From a virus, in IMG/VR virus record IMGVR_UViG_3300031787_000005: a stretch of DNA of 64,000 nt; one strand, 5' to 3'. The position numbers were made by a program, and so were the translations under genes. The stretch's first letter is position 1; every line of letters starts with the position of its first letter. Positions 37,333 through 46,601 of the stretch are shown here, in pieces. The notes under the pieces are model-generated. The model was not told the origin of the DNA. It made no database searches and worked only from the letters and a program-made list of their open reading frames with translations.

Positions 37333-38109
37333 CTACCTAATAAATCCATCAGTAAGAACTTCATTTCTAGTTCTTGGGCGGTTTCTTGGTGGTTGTGGAA
37401 CTGATGGTTTTTGTTCTGCTGCTGGTGGTATCGGTGCTTCTGGACTTTGACTTTGTTCTTGTTTTGGCACAACAAATCTACCAAGAACATATCGATCATA
37501 GTTCATTGTCACAGTAACTTTCATCAATTCACTTGGTCCATAAGCAACTGGAATACTAGTGACAGATTTTGGAAATGCATTAACTAATTGGTATTGCAAT
37601 CTCGTGCTTCCAGGAACGTTATATCCTCTATTGAATTTTGTAATGAATAATTGACTGGTTTTATAATTTTCAGGCCAGTTGAATCTACGATATGCATATG
37701 GAAGATCTGAAGATGCTGCTATTTCAGAATTCCCACCAACATAATTCATCCAAAATTCAAAAAATTGAAGAACCTTATACTCTGTATCAATGTAAAAAGT
37801 AAAATCAATGTCAGTATATAATCTAGTATGAGCAAATTCTTGGGGAACTCCCATGTAATTATCTTTTACTTCTGCAGTGGCGTATGTTGAAGTTGGTAGA
37901 GTTGCATCAGAACAAAGAAGACCTAAAGTTTTTCCAAATTCAGATAAACTAATTTGAGGACCCCATGATGCATTTTGCAATTTACCAATAAAATCTGAAT
38001 TGAATTGTCCAATATGCACCTGATAATAATTAGTCATTGCAATTTTGCCAAAATAAGTTTTGGCATTTGCCATAGTCACATTTTCCACTGGTTGCGGAGT
38101 ATTAGGCAT
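37333..38109 (-). CDS. gp54: Baseplate tail-tube initiator gp54-like
   Basis: LLCSDATLP...Y.DIDFTFYID...FFEFWM..I; FPKSV.SIPVAYG. Confidence 0.7.
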   Translation of the reverse strand: MPNTPQPVENVTMANAKTYFGKIAMTNYYQVHIGQFNSDFIGKLQNASWGPQISLSEFGKTLGLLCSDATLPTSTYATAEVKDNYMGVPQEFAHTRLYTDIDFTFYIDTEYKVLQFFEFWMNYVGGNSEIAASSDLPYAYRRFNWPENYKTSQLFITKFNRGYNVPGSTRLQYQLVNAFPKSVTSIPVAYGPSELMKVTVTMNYDRYVLGRFVVPKQEQSQSPEAPIPPAAEQKPSVPQPPRNRPRTRNEVLTDGFIR

Positions 38110-38144
38110 CTAAATATTTTTACTTGATATTATTAAATATTTAG

Positions 38145-38582
38145 ATGTCGTATAAAGGAAAATATCAACCATCATACCCTCAAAAATACAAGGGAGATCC
38201 AACTAATATCATTTATAGATCATTATGGGAAAGAAAATTCATGGTCTATTGTGATCTCAATGAAAATGTTCTTGAGTGGGGATCTGAAGAGATTGCACTT
38301 CCTTATCGTTCACCAATCGACAATCGTATTCATAGATATTTTCCAGACTTTTACATTAAAGTAAAAGAATCAACTGGACAAATTAAAAAGTATTTAATTG
38401 AAGTTAAGCCTAAAAGACAAACATTACCACCACCAAAACCGAAAAGGCAAACAAAAGGATACATTTATGAGGCATATGAGTACGCAAAAAATCAGGCAAA
38501 ATGGAGAGCAGCAAAAGAATTTTGTGAAGACAGAAATTGGGATTTTAAAGTTCTAACCGAGGATGAACTAGGTATCAAGTAA
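38145..38582 (+). CDS. gp4: Head completion nuclease gp4
   Basis: YKGKYQP..P.KYKGDPTNIIYRSLWE; HRYFPDFY; IEVKP; NQAKW.AA. Confidence 0.92.
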   Translation: MSYKGKYQPSYPQKYKGDPTNIIYRSLWERKFMVYCDLNENVLEWGSEEIALPYRSPIDNRIHRYFPDFYIKVKESTGQIKKYLIEVKPKRQTLPPPKPKRQTKGYIYEAYEYAKNQAKWRAAKEFCEDRNWDFKVLTEDELGIK

Positions 38583-38977
38583 TGCCAAGAAAAACCCTAA
38601 GACAAAGACAAAATCCAACAGATGATAAGAATAGTAGAGTTAGATCTGTAATTGATAATCTTCAAGGTAATGAAGATCCAGATGATTTAATGTTAGAAAT
38701 TATGAACGTTTTAACGGAAACTAATAAAGGTCCAAAAGTTGGAAGATATTATACATTTGTTTATCAACCAAAAACACCAAATATTAGTTACGATCAAAAT
38801 CCCCTTGTTGCAGTGACTGAGGTTTATGGTTGGGGATTTAGAGGTATTAATTTTCATTGGGGAGAATCTCGCCAATATACCTGGGACGAGATTGCTGGAG
38901 GTTTATATGAAATTTATGCGGAAGAAATTCCAGATCTTATAGAGGTTCCTTTTGGAAAAATCCGTCTAAATAGTTAA
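38582..38977 (+). CDS. gp2: DNA end protector gp2-like
   Basis: GRYYTFVYQPKT..YDQNPLV..FRGINFHW; synteny after gp4. Confidence 0.6.
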   Translation: MPRKTLRQRQNPTDDKNSRVRSVIDNLQGNEDPDDLMLEIMNVLTETNKGPKVGRYYTFVYQPKTPNISYDQNPLVAVTEVYGWGFRGINFHWGESRQYTWDEIAGGLYEIYAEEIPDLIEVPFGKIRLNS

Positions 38978-38989
38978 AAAATTAGCCAA

Positions 38990-39931
38990 ATGGCGCAGGT
39001 ATTAAGGTATCCATACGACTTATATACTCAAGAGACAGACTATCTGCAGATAACTTTGCGTAGGAAAAAAGCAGCATCTTCATCTTTAGAAGAATTTGGT
39101 TCATCTTCTTTAATAAAAAAGAATGGTGCATATCAAGGTGGTCCTACTCAAAATGCTTCTAACGTTGGGAAAAAAATATCTTCAGGATTTGTAAGTCAAG
39201 TTGGTGACATAATTCTTTTACCTATACCATCAAGTATCGGAGATAGCAATAGCGTAAATTTTTCAGAAGATAAGTTAGATGCAATAACAGCTAAAGTTGC
39301 TGGTGCTGCTTATAATATTATGACAACTCAAACACCAGGAAAAACTGATATTACTGGTTTTTTGAACAAACTTGGTGAAAATACTTTAAAAGAATTAAAA
39401 GGTGTATTTGCAGAGTCTGCGGACCTTAGAGCAATATATCTAACAAAATTAGCGGCAGAGGCAGCTGGACTTGCTGGTATTGGAAACATTAGTCTAGACC
39501 AAATTTTAGCAAGATCTCAAGGAAAAATCTTGAATCCAAATATGGAGTTGTTATTTAATGGTCCAACAATTAGATCATTTAAATTTTCTTTTAAAATGAC
39601 CCCAAGAAGTAAAAAAGAAGGAGATCAAGTAAAATTGATTATTGGATCATTAAAAAGACACATGGCACCAACTCCTGCTGGAAATTTCCTTGGAACACCA
39701 GGACAATTTGATTTAACTTATAGAAGTGGACCAGATAATCATAAGTTTCTAAACAAAATCAAAACTTGTGTGCTTCAGGATATGTCGGTAAATTACACTG
39801 GTGAAAATGTTTATGCAACATATGAAGATGGGACACCAGTTTCGATGATTATGGACTTGACATTCAAAGAACTAGAACCTATCTATTCATCTGATTATAG
39901 CAATGATCCAAACGAAGGAGTAGGATACTAA
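38990..39931 (+). CDS. gp48: Baseplate tail-tube cap gp48
   Basis: LNPNMELLFNGPTIRSFKFSFKMTPRS; CVLQDMSVNYT. Confidence 0.85.
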   Translation: MAQVLRYPYDLYTQETDYLQITLRRKKAASSSLEEFGSSSLIKKNGAYQGGPTQNASNVGKKISSGFVSQVGDIILLPIPSSIGDSNSVNFSEDKLDAITAKVAGAAYNIMTTQTPGKTDITGFLNKLGENTLKELKGVFAESADLRAIYLTKLAAEAAGLAGIGNISLDQILARSQGKILNPNMELLFNGPTIRSFKFSFKMTPRSKKEGDQVKLIIGSLKRHMAPTPAGNFLGTPGQFDLTYRSGPDNHKFLNKIKTCVLQDMSVNYTGENVYATYEDGTPVSMIMDLTFKELEPIYSSDYSNDPNEGVGY

Positions 39932-39933
39932 AA

Positions 39934-40584
39934 ATGGCAAACTATTTTTCTTATCTACCAGATTTAGAATATCAATCATTTTTAAATGATAAGACATCTG
40001 ATAGAGATTACGTTCTGGTCAAAAATCTCTTCAGGAGAGTCAAACTTCGTGACGATGTATATAATTCCTTGACAGCATTTACAAAATATCAAGTTCCAGA
40101 TGGATCTCGTCCAGATACAGTTGCGGAAGAACTTTATGATGATGCTAATTATGATTGGGTTGTTCTAATCACGGCAAATATTATACACCTAAGAGATGAA
40201 TGGCCTCTTTCAAATTCACAACTTTATAATTATGCAGAAAACAAGTATGGAACAACTTTGACTGATATCAAATTTTACGAGACTAAAGAAGTACGAGATT
40301 CTTTAAATCGACTTATTTTACCTGCTGGTAAGATTGTATCTTCAAATTTTACTATTCCAAATCCATCAAATCCAAACGCTAATTTAAATCCAGTAAATGC
40401 AGTATCAAACTACGAATACGAAACTAGATTGAATGATAAAAAAAGAAACATTTATGTACTGAAACCAATTTATCTGCAGCAGTTCTTACTTGACATGAGA
40501 ACTGTGATGGATTATCAGGATTCTTCACAATATGTCAGTGAGAAACTCATCCGTACTGAGAATACTAGGATCACGATGCCATAA
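39934..40584 (+). CDS. gp53: Baseplate wedge gp53
   Basis: YFSYLPDLEY; KNLFRR; RPDTVAEELY...DWVVL..NI..EWPL; NYEYE..LND.KR. Confidence 0.9.
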   Translation: MANYFSYLPDLEYQSFLNDKTSDRDYVLVKNLFRRVKLRDDVYNSLTAFTKYQVPDGSRPDTVAEELYDDANYDWVVLITANIIHLRDEWPLSNSQLYNYAENKYGTTLTDIKFYETKEVRDSLNRLILPAGKIVSSNFTIPNPSNPNANLNPVNAVSNYEYETRLNDKKRNIYVLKPIYLQQFLLDMRTVMDYQDSSQYVSEKLIRTENTRITMP

Positions 40585-41163
40585 GAGTTCTAAACTCTTA
40601 TCAAATATCATTACATATCGGTGTTTGCGGGAGCGGTCTTTCCATTCTCCTTCAGCACCTTTAACTTTGCCTCTAGAGTGTTTAGTTCCGTCTGCATAGT
40701 AGAAATCCTTCTTTGGGTCTGAAAGTCCGCAATATTTAAAATTACAAGCGCGATAGATTGTACCAAAATGGAAATCACTATCAGCGTAAGAGATGATTGC
40801 CCTAACTTTTGTATCCTTCCGTAACTGTCTAATCGCTCTTGAAACAAACCAAGAAGTGATATTATGTTCGGTTCCCTGGGTTTCAGGGTGGATGCAAAGT
40901 CGTGAAAGTTCAAATAATCCTTCTTGCTCATTCCGTTCGAGTCCAAATGCTCCTTGTGCAATTTCAGGAACAGGGAGACCTGTGAAGACACAGACTCCCT
41001 GAATGCCGCCGATGTTCAATGGGCAAAAATCGTTACCCTTATATAAACCATAATTATAACCAGATCTAAAACCTTTAGAAAAATCCTTAAGATAATGAAA
41101 CCGCAGAAGTAATTCTGCGGATTCGGATTTACTTACACGATCAATGTAGTAATCAGACTTCAC
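40525..41163 (-). CDS. Mom-like GNAT-fold DNA modification protein
   Basis: FHYL, ELSRL, SWFVSRA, IISYAD..H.GTIYRACNF.Y.G motifs characteristic of the phage Mu Mom family. Confidence 0.7.
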   Translation of the reverse strand: MKSDYYIDRVSKSESAELLLRFHYLKDFSKGFRSGYNYGLYKGNDFCPLNIGGIQGVCVFTGLPVPEIAQGAFGLERNEQEGLFELSRLCIHPETQGTEHNITSWFVSRAIRQLRKDTKVRAIISYADSDFHFGTIYRACNFKYCGLSDPKKDFYYADGTKHSRGKVKGAEGEWKDRSRKHRYVMIFDKSLELLWHRDPSILSTDEFLTDIL

Positions 41164-42080
41164 TCTTCGGCAAGACGTGCAAAGTACGAGAGTGCATCAT
41201 CATCCTCATCTTCCTCAACCGCAGCACGACGGGTAGGTTGCAGATTGTTGAGTTCGGTGCGAAGGTCTTCATCGAGTTCCTTCACAGGACCACGGGTGTT
41301 GTCCTCATCAAACTCTTCGGGATCTTGATAGCGGGGAGTGCCCTTGTTACCCAGTACATAATCAAGACGCTTCTTCAGTTCGTCATAGGACTTGAACTGA
41401 TCGGCAGCAACGAGTTCGGCAAGCGAATACTGCTTCTTCCAGATTGCTTCCATCGCATCATCGTCGTCCAGGAGAGCTTCAGAGCGAGCAAACTCAGAGG
41501 AGTCATAATTGCGATAACCAGCGACATTCTTTGCCTTCAGTTTGAAGTTGGCACCAGCCCAGAAGTCAAACGGATCAATTGCTTCCTCATCTTCAAACTC
41601 AGGTTGCATTGCAGCGGTGAGTTTGTCGAAGATCTTCTTACCATACTTGAACAGGAAGACCTTACCTTCATTGGCAGGGTTGGCAGGATCCTTCACCACA
41701 TAAATATTGGACACATAGGTCAGTTTACGCTTCTGCTTACGGGCAAGTTCCTTACCAGCATCAGTGCCGTTGTTCCACAGTTCGGAGTTCAGTTCGGACA
41801 CAGGATCTTTCTGACCCAGAGTGGTCAGCGAGTTCTCGATGTACCAACCACCAGGACCTTGGAAGGCGTGGGAATAAAGTTTCACAAACGGCAGGTCTTC
41901 GCCGTTGGGAGCAGGCAGGAAACGGATTACGGCATAACCATTGCCGCTCTTATCTACATCCAGTTTCCACAAGCGGTCATCACTAGAACCGCTGCTAGTA
42001 TTCATTTTTTCTACTTCTTTGACCAATTTGGCAGTAAGATTGCCCAGCTTGGACTGCTTTTTAAGGTCGGAAAACGACAT
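41160..42080 (-). CDS. gp32: Single-stranded DNA-binding protein gp32
   Basis: DDRLWKL..DKSGNGYAVIRFLP; HAFQGPGGWYIEN; GANFKLK; acidic C-terminus. Confidence 0.95.
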   Translation of the reverse strand: MSFSDLKKQSKLGNLTAKLVKEVEKMNTSSGSSDDRLWKLDVDKSGNGYAVIRFLPAPNGEDLPFVKLYSHAFQGPGGWYIENSLTTLGQKDPVSELNSELWNNGTDAGKELARKQKRKLTYVSNIYVVKDPANPANEGKVFLFKYGKKIFDKLTAAMQPEFEDEEAIDPFDFWAGANFKLKAKNVAGYRNYDSSEFARSEALLDDDDAMEAIWKKQYSLAELVAADQFKSYDELKKRLDYVLGNKGTPRYQDPEEFDEDNTRGPVKELDEDLRTELNNLQPTRRAAVEEDEDDDALSYFARLAEE

Positions 42081-42123
42081 TTGGATTACCTCGGATAAAT
42101 TGGATTCGGGGGATTACTCGGAT

Positions 42124-42152
42124 AGTATAGCGAAAATTGAATCACCTGTCAA
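42124..42152 (-). promoter_or_regulatory. sigma70 promoter for gp32
   Basis: TTGACA-N17-TATACT. Confidence 0.8.
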
Positions 42153-42474
42153 TGAATTGTTTGAGTGACTCAATGGTTTTGTTCATACTACTGAATAAAA
42201 CTTGCATATCAGTCTCTGGTGGGAAACCCATCAGTGCTACTGACTTGCGTAGGTTCTCTTTCATCTCAACCGCTTGTGGGTCATCTGAAAGGGACAACCT
42301 AGTATACATCACTCTCTGCTTTTCTAGCAAGAGCTCAAGTTTTTCAATGTGTTCCAGTTTAGTCTCACGGGGCATCATACCAAAAGTTAGAATGCTTCCG
42401 TAGATTTCTTCTTGTAACTTGTTGATTTCTCTCAGTTCGTCTTGAATAATGTCGGAGTCAAAAAAGCTACTCAT
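42142..42474 (-). CDS. Conserved cyanophage protein (DUF1825-like)
   Basis: FFDSDIIQDEL..I..LQ; KQRVMYTRLSLSDDP. Confidence 0.75.
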   Translation of the reverse strand: MSSFFDSDIIQDELREINKLQEEIYGSILTFGMMPRETKLEHIEKLELLLEKQRVMYTRLSLSDDPQAVEMKENLRKSVALMGFPPETDMQVLFSSMNKTIESLKQFIDR

Positions 42475-43075
42475 CTATGATGTCCCTTAAAATTTTTTTA
42501 AATTGGAATACGTCAATATTTAGAAAGGGATTATACTTTTTGATTTTTAAACTTACGGATTCCCACACCGGGTCCAAAAGTTGCTTATCAAAAGTTTTCC
42601 CGAACAGGAATATTTTATCATAAATCACTAGGGTTTCAAGGGAAATTTTCCCGCCCAGGAACTTTTTAAGGACGGGTGGATGACCTTTGGAACAATTCAA
42701 GGCATCGTCTAATTTGATTTCCGAGAATAATTCGTTGCTTTGTTCTTTGAACAAGTAAGTCAAACTCTGTTGGCGACGCATCCAATCTGCGTAAGTCCTT
42801 TCTCCAGAATTGATAATTTCTCCAATCCATAAGTTTTGTGGGTTGTCTGCGGATACAAAGTTTGATAATAGAAAATCTACAATTTCCCGATCGGAATACT
42901 TTCTCGATGTTTTTTCAAACCAATATTTGTCTTTTCTTTTATTGAAAGATGTGATAGTGGCTCTTGATTTACCTCCATACTTAAAAAAGTCATATTTACT
43001 ATTCGTAAAATGACTTTTCATCGAAAGATAAGTTTGATATGTCTCAAATGGACTCATAACGGAAGTCGTGCTCTC
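42467..43075 (-). CDS. gp59: Helicase loader gp59
   Basis: MSPFETYQTYLSMKSHFT..YDFFKYGGK..SF.KRKDKYWFEK; start moved to 43075. Confidence 0.85.
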   Translation of the reverse strand, partial: ESTTSVMSPFETYQTYLSMKSHFTNSKYDFFKYGGKSRATITSFNKRKDKYWFEKTSRKYSDREIVDFLLSNFVSADNPQNLWIGEIINSGERTYADWMRRQQSLTYLFKEQSNELFSEIKLDDALNCSKGHPPVLKKFLGGKISLETLVIYDKIFLFGKTFDKQLLDPVWESVSLKIKKYNPFLNIDVFQFKKILRDIIDE

Positions 43076-43313
43076 GAAGTCTTTTTCATGAAGTTGAGAC
43101 GTGTGGCATCCCATTTCAGACGCTCTTTCAAAGGTTTTGAAATGAGCTTCACAACAGATTCTACTTCAAGACTATTAATTTCGCAATAGTGAACAATAGC
43201 ATCAATATAATTGAAGTTTTCTTCCGCGACAATCTTTTCAATCTCAAGAGCAAACTTGGAAGGGGTTAAAAATTTACTTTCTATTGCCTGTTCTAGTTCT
43301 TTATTTGGTTCCA
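43054..43313 (-). CDS. gp33: Late-transcription co-activator gp33
   Basis: KFALEIEKIV..YIDAIVHYCE.N..E.ESV.KLISKPLKE; likely start MEPNKEL at 43313 (stop 43054 from track). Confidence 0.8.
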
Positions 43314-43981
43314 TAGAGCTCCAGTTTATCTCTAACAAACGTTCTAATGTATTTGCTGAGCAGTTTGATGTATTTTGATTTGTCTCGTTCTTCATAGACA
43401 ACGCATTCTCCATTTTCACAAGCCATAATGATTACAAGTTTTTTGACTGAAATACCAGTCAGTTCGTATAGCATACAACCATATGCCATACATTGAACAA
43501 AATAGTGTTCAATCCACTCGCGTGGTTTTGGTTTTTTGGAAGTCTTAAAGTCAATTATTGCTAACTCGCCGTCATATTCGGCAATGCAGTCAACTGTCCC
43601 AGCAATTCCCAGTTGTTTACTATATAGGGACCCTTCAAGGGCGTAAATATTATTTATACGTTTTAAATCCGTTTTCGCAATTTTAAACAGAAAATCCGCC
43701 ATAGGCGCAACAGGCGGGAGATTCTTATTATCCAGATAGTTTTCCACAAGAGAATGCATATCTGTGCCCCGAGAAGTAGCCGCTTTAGTAATTTTCTGCG
43801 CCTCCTCCTCACCAACCTTTTTGCGCCAGTTATCGAAGATTTCACGATTAAAATGACTCGTAACAGAAGTAATCGAAACTAAGCGAAGAAGACTTTCTTC
43901 ATCTGGAACCTTATAATAGCGAATACCATCAATTGTTTCACGCTCCAACTTAGGGAGTTCAATATCAACACGTTTAAACAT
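43301..43981 (-). CDS. PD-(D/E)XK exonuclease
   Basis: SITSVT, RGTDMH, AGTVDCIAEYDG..IIDFKTS. Confidence 0.85.
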   Translation of the reverse strand: MFKRVDIELPKLERETIDGIRYYKVPDEESLLRLVSITSVTSHFNREIFDNWRKKVGEEEAQKITKAATSRGTDMHSLVENYLDNKNLPPVAPMADFLFKIAKTDLKRINNIYALEGSLYSKQLGIAGTVDCIAEYDGELAIIDFKTSKKPKPREWIEHYFVQCMAYGCMLYELTGISVKKLVIIMACENGECVVYEERDKSKYIKLLSKYIRTFVRDKLELYGTK

Positions 43982-44739
43982 TAAAAACCAGATTCCATTT
44001 TTGCGATGATGTATTCCTTAACAAGTCCAGAACGAACAATGTCTTCTACACCAAATTCAATTATATCAAACGAAGGCATTTTACGCAAGACCGACATAAA
44101 ATCAACGATACCATTACGCTCGTTTGTTTTTTGTAAGTCCGACTGAGATGCATCACCACAGAAACAAATCTTGGTATTCTCACCAACACGAGTAATAATA
44201 GAATCAAGCTCGTGGAAGTTTAGATTTTGAAACTCATCTACAATCACAATAGCATTATCAAGAGTCGTTCCACGAAGGAATGAAGTGCTCCAAAACTTAA
44301 TAGTTTCTTGTGACTTCAAGTTACCATAAAGCATCTCAAAGTCTGCATCAGAAGGCATCTGGAACATATACTTCACCATATTCTTATAAGGAATCTGGTA
44401 AATGTCTGCTTTGTCCTCATGAGAACCAGGCAAAAATCCAATCTCTCTTGTGGCGACTAGAGAGCGAACAAGGTAGATTCGTTCGTAAGGAGTTCTTTCA
44501 TCCAGAACATCACACAGAGCATTATAAAGAGTAATGAATGTTTTACCTGTTCCAGCACATCCATATGCTACAAGATGTTTTCCATCTACATAAGAATCGA
44601 AAAGACGTTTTTGATTATCTGTAAGGGGATCAATCTCAACTAAGTAATCTGCACTTAGAGGTTTTCTCCTTTTCATCTGTTTTGCAGTTAGACCAACTCC
44701 GATTGGTTGGTCAATATTGCCTCTTTTTCTTCTTGCCAT
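43981..44739 (-). CDS. phoH: PhoH-like ATPase
   Basis: GCAGTGKT, IGFLPG, FLRGTTL, IVDEFQN, DIVRSGLV. Confidence 0.95.
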   Translation of the reverse strand: MARRKRGNIDQPIGVGLTAKQMKRRKPLSADYLVEIDPLTDNQKRLFDSYVDGKHLVAYGCAGTGKTFITLYNALCDVLDERTPYERIYLVRSLVATREIGFLPGSHEDKADIYQIPYKNMVKYMFQMPSDADFEMLYGNLKSQETIKFWSTSFLRGTTLDNAIVIVDEFQNLNFHELDSIITRVGENTKICFCGDASQSDLQKTNERNGIVDFMSVLRKMPSFDIIEFGVEDIVRSGLVKEYIIAKMESGF

Positions 44740-44987
44740 TAGATTTTCTTTACGCGAGAACCAGGTGCTTTTGATGCCTTATGAAGGACATCATTCCATC
44801 CAGGATTACGATTGATCAGTTTATCTTTCCACTCACCAACCTCTCCAGGAGAAGGACAAGTCGAAGGATCAGACCAGTCACGAGTCCAGTCTGGATTATC
44901 ATTTTTCCACTGGTCCCAGTCGTGGATACTCATTTCCACTTCTTTCTGTTCACCAGTTTTTGTATTCACTACAGGATATGTTGCCAT
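44739..44987 (-). CDS. Conserved cyanophage hypothetical protein
   Basis: MATYPVVNTKTGEQKEV; ATAAATA late promoter at about 45008..45014. Confidence 0.75.
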   Translation of the reverse strand: MATYPVVNTKTGEQKEVEMSIHDWDQWKNDNPDWTRDWSDPSTCPSPGEVGEWKDKLINRNPGWNDVLHKASKAPGSRVKKI

Positions 44988-45014
44988 TGTTATAATTTCA
45001 AGATAATTTATTTA

Positions 45015-45671
45015 TTAGTAAATCCAACCTTCAAACTTTGTCCATTCAAGTGCTTCGGCAACTGCAGGAAACTGCTCAATAAACACATTTTTACAGGCAA
45101 GTGCAATGTCCATGTGTTCTTTCTGAGTCCCATTAGCAGAGCGAAGATTGATATAATGTATCCATGACCTGCACGATCCACTCATATAGATACGTGTGGG
45201 CGTCGCCAAGGGTAGTACAAACCTTGCACACTCCTTAGCAACCCCATGGGCGAGAAGTTCCTTGTAGAGTTGCATAGAGTGCGTAAAATGCTCTTGAATT
45301 TTGCTCTGCAAAGTCAGTTTTTCATAGTCAGAAATATCATCAATCGAATTCTGACGATTCTTAGTATCTTGGCGACGCAAATCAGGAACGGGAATATACT
45401 CAGAGATCAATGACGTATCGGCATAACGCTGAGAAAACTCTTGGTAGGTGAAACTCCTGTGGCGCAGAATTTGTGCTGCGATACCACGATTCGTCTCAAT
45501 CTCAAGAGTCATAAAAGACTGCTCAAAAACAGACCAATGATTATGCTTAATACAATAAGCAAGCAACTTGGCATAGTTTTCGTTGTCTTGATTCGCTGGG
45601 TTGCTAACTCTAGCAACATACGCCATTGTTTGTTCTGCATCGGGCGTCACACTGATGAGTTTTACAGTCAT
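45015..45671 (-). CDS. thyX: FAD-dependent thymidylate synthase
   Basis: HWSVFE, QILRHRSFTYQEFSQRYA, KECARFVLP. Confidence 0.95.
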   Translation of the reverse strand: MTVKLISVTPDAEQTMAYVARVSNPANQDNENYAKLLAYCIKHNHWSVFEQSFMTLEIETNRGIAAQILRHRSFTYQEFSQRYADTSLISEYIPVPDLRRQDTKNRQNSIDDISDYEKLTLQSKIQEHFTHSMQLYKELLAHGVAKECARFVLPLATPTRIYMSGSCRSWIHYINLRSANGTQKEHMDIALACKNVFIEQFPAVAEALEWTKFEGWIY

Positions 45672-45856
45672 TTCTTTCCAAATCCTTTGAATGTGTGTGC
45701 TTCTAGTCTTGCAACTTCTTCTTCTGCCTCACGAAGACGTTTTTTCATCTCATGCATTTCAGTTTCACTATACAAGTGATTCTGTGCAACAAGTCTCTTC
45801 ATCAATTTTAAGAGTTCTTTTGCTTTTTTAGTCTGTGTATCCATCGTCATCATCAA
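45668..45856 (-). CDS. Hypothetical protein
   Basis: ORF track. Confidence 0.65.
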   Translation of the reverse strand: MMMTMDTQTKKAKELLKLMKRLVAQNHLYSETEMHEMKKRLREAEEEVARLEAHTFKGFGKK

Positions 45857-45992
45857 AAATCTCGTCGTAATCTGTGTGTGTTTGATTTTGTGGTGCTCTG
45901 TAAGCAGAAACGTCAGAATAAATTTCCACCTTTAAAGAATCTACCAACATTTCCAGATTACGGACAATTAGTTTTAGTTTGTCTCTGTCCAT
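45828..45992 (-). CDS. Small conserved cyanophage protein (54 aa)
   Basis: Hand translation MDRDKLKLIVRNLEMLVDSLKVEIYSDVSAY... Confidence 0.7.
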   Translation of the reverse strand: MDRDKLKLIVRNLEMLVDSLKVEIYSDVSAYRAPQNQTHTDYDEIFDDDDGYTD

Positions 45993-46023
45993 AGGATAGT
46001 ATTCTCTCTAAGTATCATAACAT

Positions 46024-46051
46024 AAAAAAAGGAGGGGATCAACCCCTCCTT
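46024..46051 (-). terminator. Rho-independent terminator ending the DUF4278-like unit
   Basis: AAGGAGGGG-TTGAT-CCCCTCCTTTTTTT. Confidence 0.85.
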
Positions 46052-46057
46052 GATAAT

Positions 46058-46144
46058 TTACTTATAAAGCCACTGAATGTATGATGACAACAATATAGTC
46101 ATCAGTGCAATCGCAGCAGTTGAAGATACAATAAATTGTGCCAT
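46058..46144 (-). CDS. 28-aa hydrophobic peptide
   Basis: MAQFIVSSTAAIALMTILLSSYIQWLYK; overlaps previous stop (GTGATG). Confidence 0.5.
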   Translation of the reverse strand: MAQFIVSSTAAIALMTILLSSYIQWLYK

Positions 46145-46242
46145 CACTTTGCTGCAACTAGTTGTGCTAGTTGGGCTTGATGACGACGCTCTTCTTTTTG
46201 TTTTTGTTCTTTGATTATTTGAAGGAAGTTAAGTTTTTTCAC
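46144..46242 (-). CDS. 32-aa basic peptide (GTG start)
   Basis: MKKLNFLQIIKEQKQKEERRHQAQLAQLVAAK; GTGA overlap with DUF4278-like stop, GGAGG upstream. Confidence 0.55.
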   Translation of the reverse strand: MKKLNFLQIIKEQKQKEERRHQAQLAQLVAAK

Positions 46243-46397
46243 TTCTGCACCTCCATGTTTTTACATGGGCGGTATGCTAATCCACGATATGTATTTTGTG
46301 GATGAGCAGGAGCATGAGTCTTGAGATACCAAGTTTCATACTCTTTCTTTGCATTGTCGGTGTCGTATTGACAACCTCTATAAACGGCTTTAGACAT
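46239..46397 (-). CDS. DUF4278-like small protein (two YRG motifs)
   Basis: Hand translation MSKAVYRGCQYDT...NTYRGLAYRPCKNMEVQK; RBS AAGGAG. Confidence 0.75.
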   Translation of the reverse strand: MSKAVYRGCQYDTDNAKKEYETWYLKTHAPAHPQNTYRGLAYRPCKNMEVQK

Positions 46398-46428
46398 TAG
46401 GTTTTCTCCTTAATTTTGAGGCTAAAGA

Positions 46429-46600
46429 GCGTTCCTTCAGTCGGCTTTTGCGTCTATTTTGCACTCCTTTGGAGAGATTTGTTTGATCTCCCATATCAAA
46501 TCATTCTTAGCTTGTTTGGGAATGTTCTGTTGTTGAACTCTTCCCGCAATTAATTGTGCTTGAAGGCATGAAAGAATGAGTGTCTCCATAGATGAACGAT
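46429..46600 (-). ncRNA. glnA-type (glutamine riboswitch-like) aptamer 2, split by a nested ORF
   Basis: 5' half ATCGTTCATCTATG (46587..46600); 3' half ATAGACGCAAAAGCCGACTGAAGGAACGC (46429..46457); P1 CGTTC/GGAACG, P2 TCTAT/ATAGA. Confidence 0.7.
46437..46589 (-). CDS. 50-aa two-Cys mini-protein nested in aptamer 2
   Basis: METLILSCLQAQ...KECKIDAKAD; ATG lies in the P2 5' strand and the last codons encode the aptamer 3' half. Confidence 0.7.
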   Translation of the reverse strand: METLILSCLQAQLIAGRVQQQNIPKQAKNDLIWEIKQISPKECKIDAKAD

Positions 46601-46601
46601 C

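Noticed and set aside
41238-42098. 286-aa plus-strand ORF
   Set aside because: Antisense shadow of highly codon-biased gp32
43301-43981. Homing endonuclease or Cas4
   Set aside because: Core-block PD-(D/E)XK exonuclease next to phoH, no HNH/GIY-YIG motifs and no Cas4 Cys cluster
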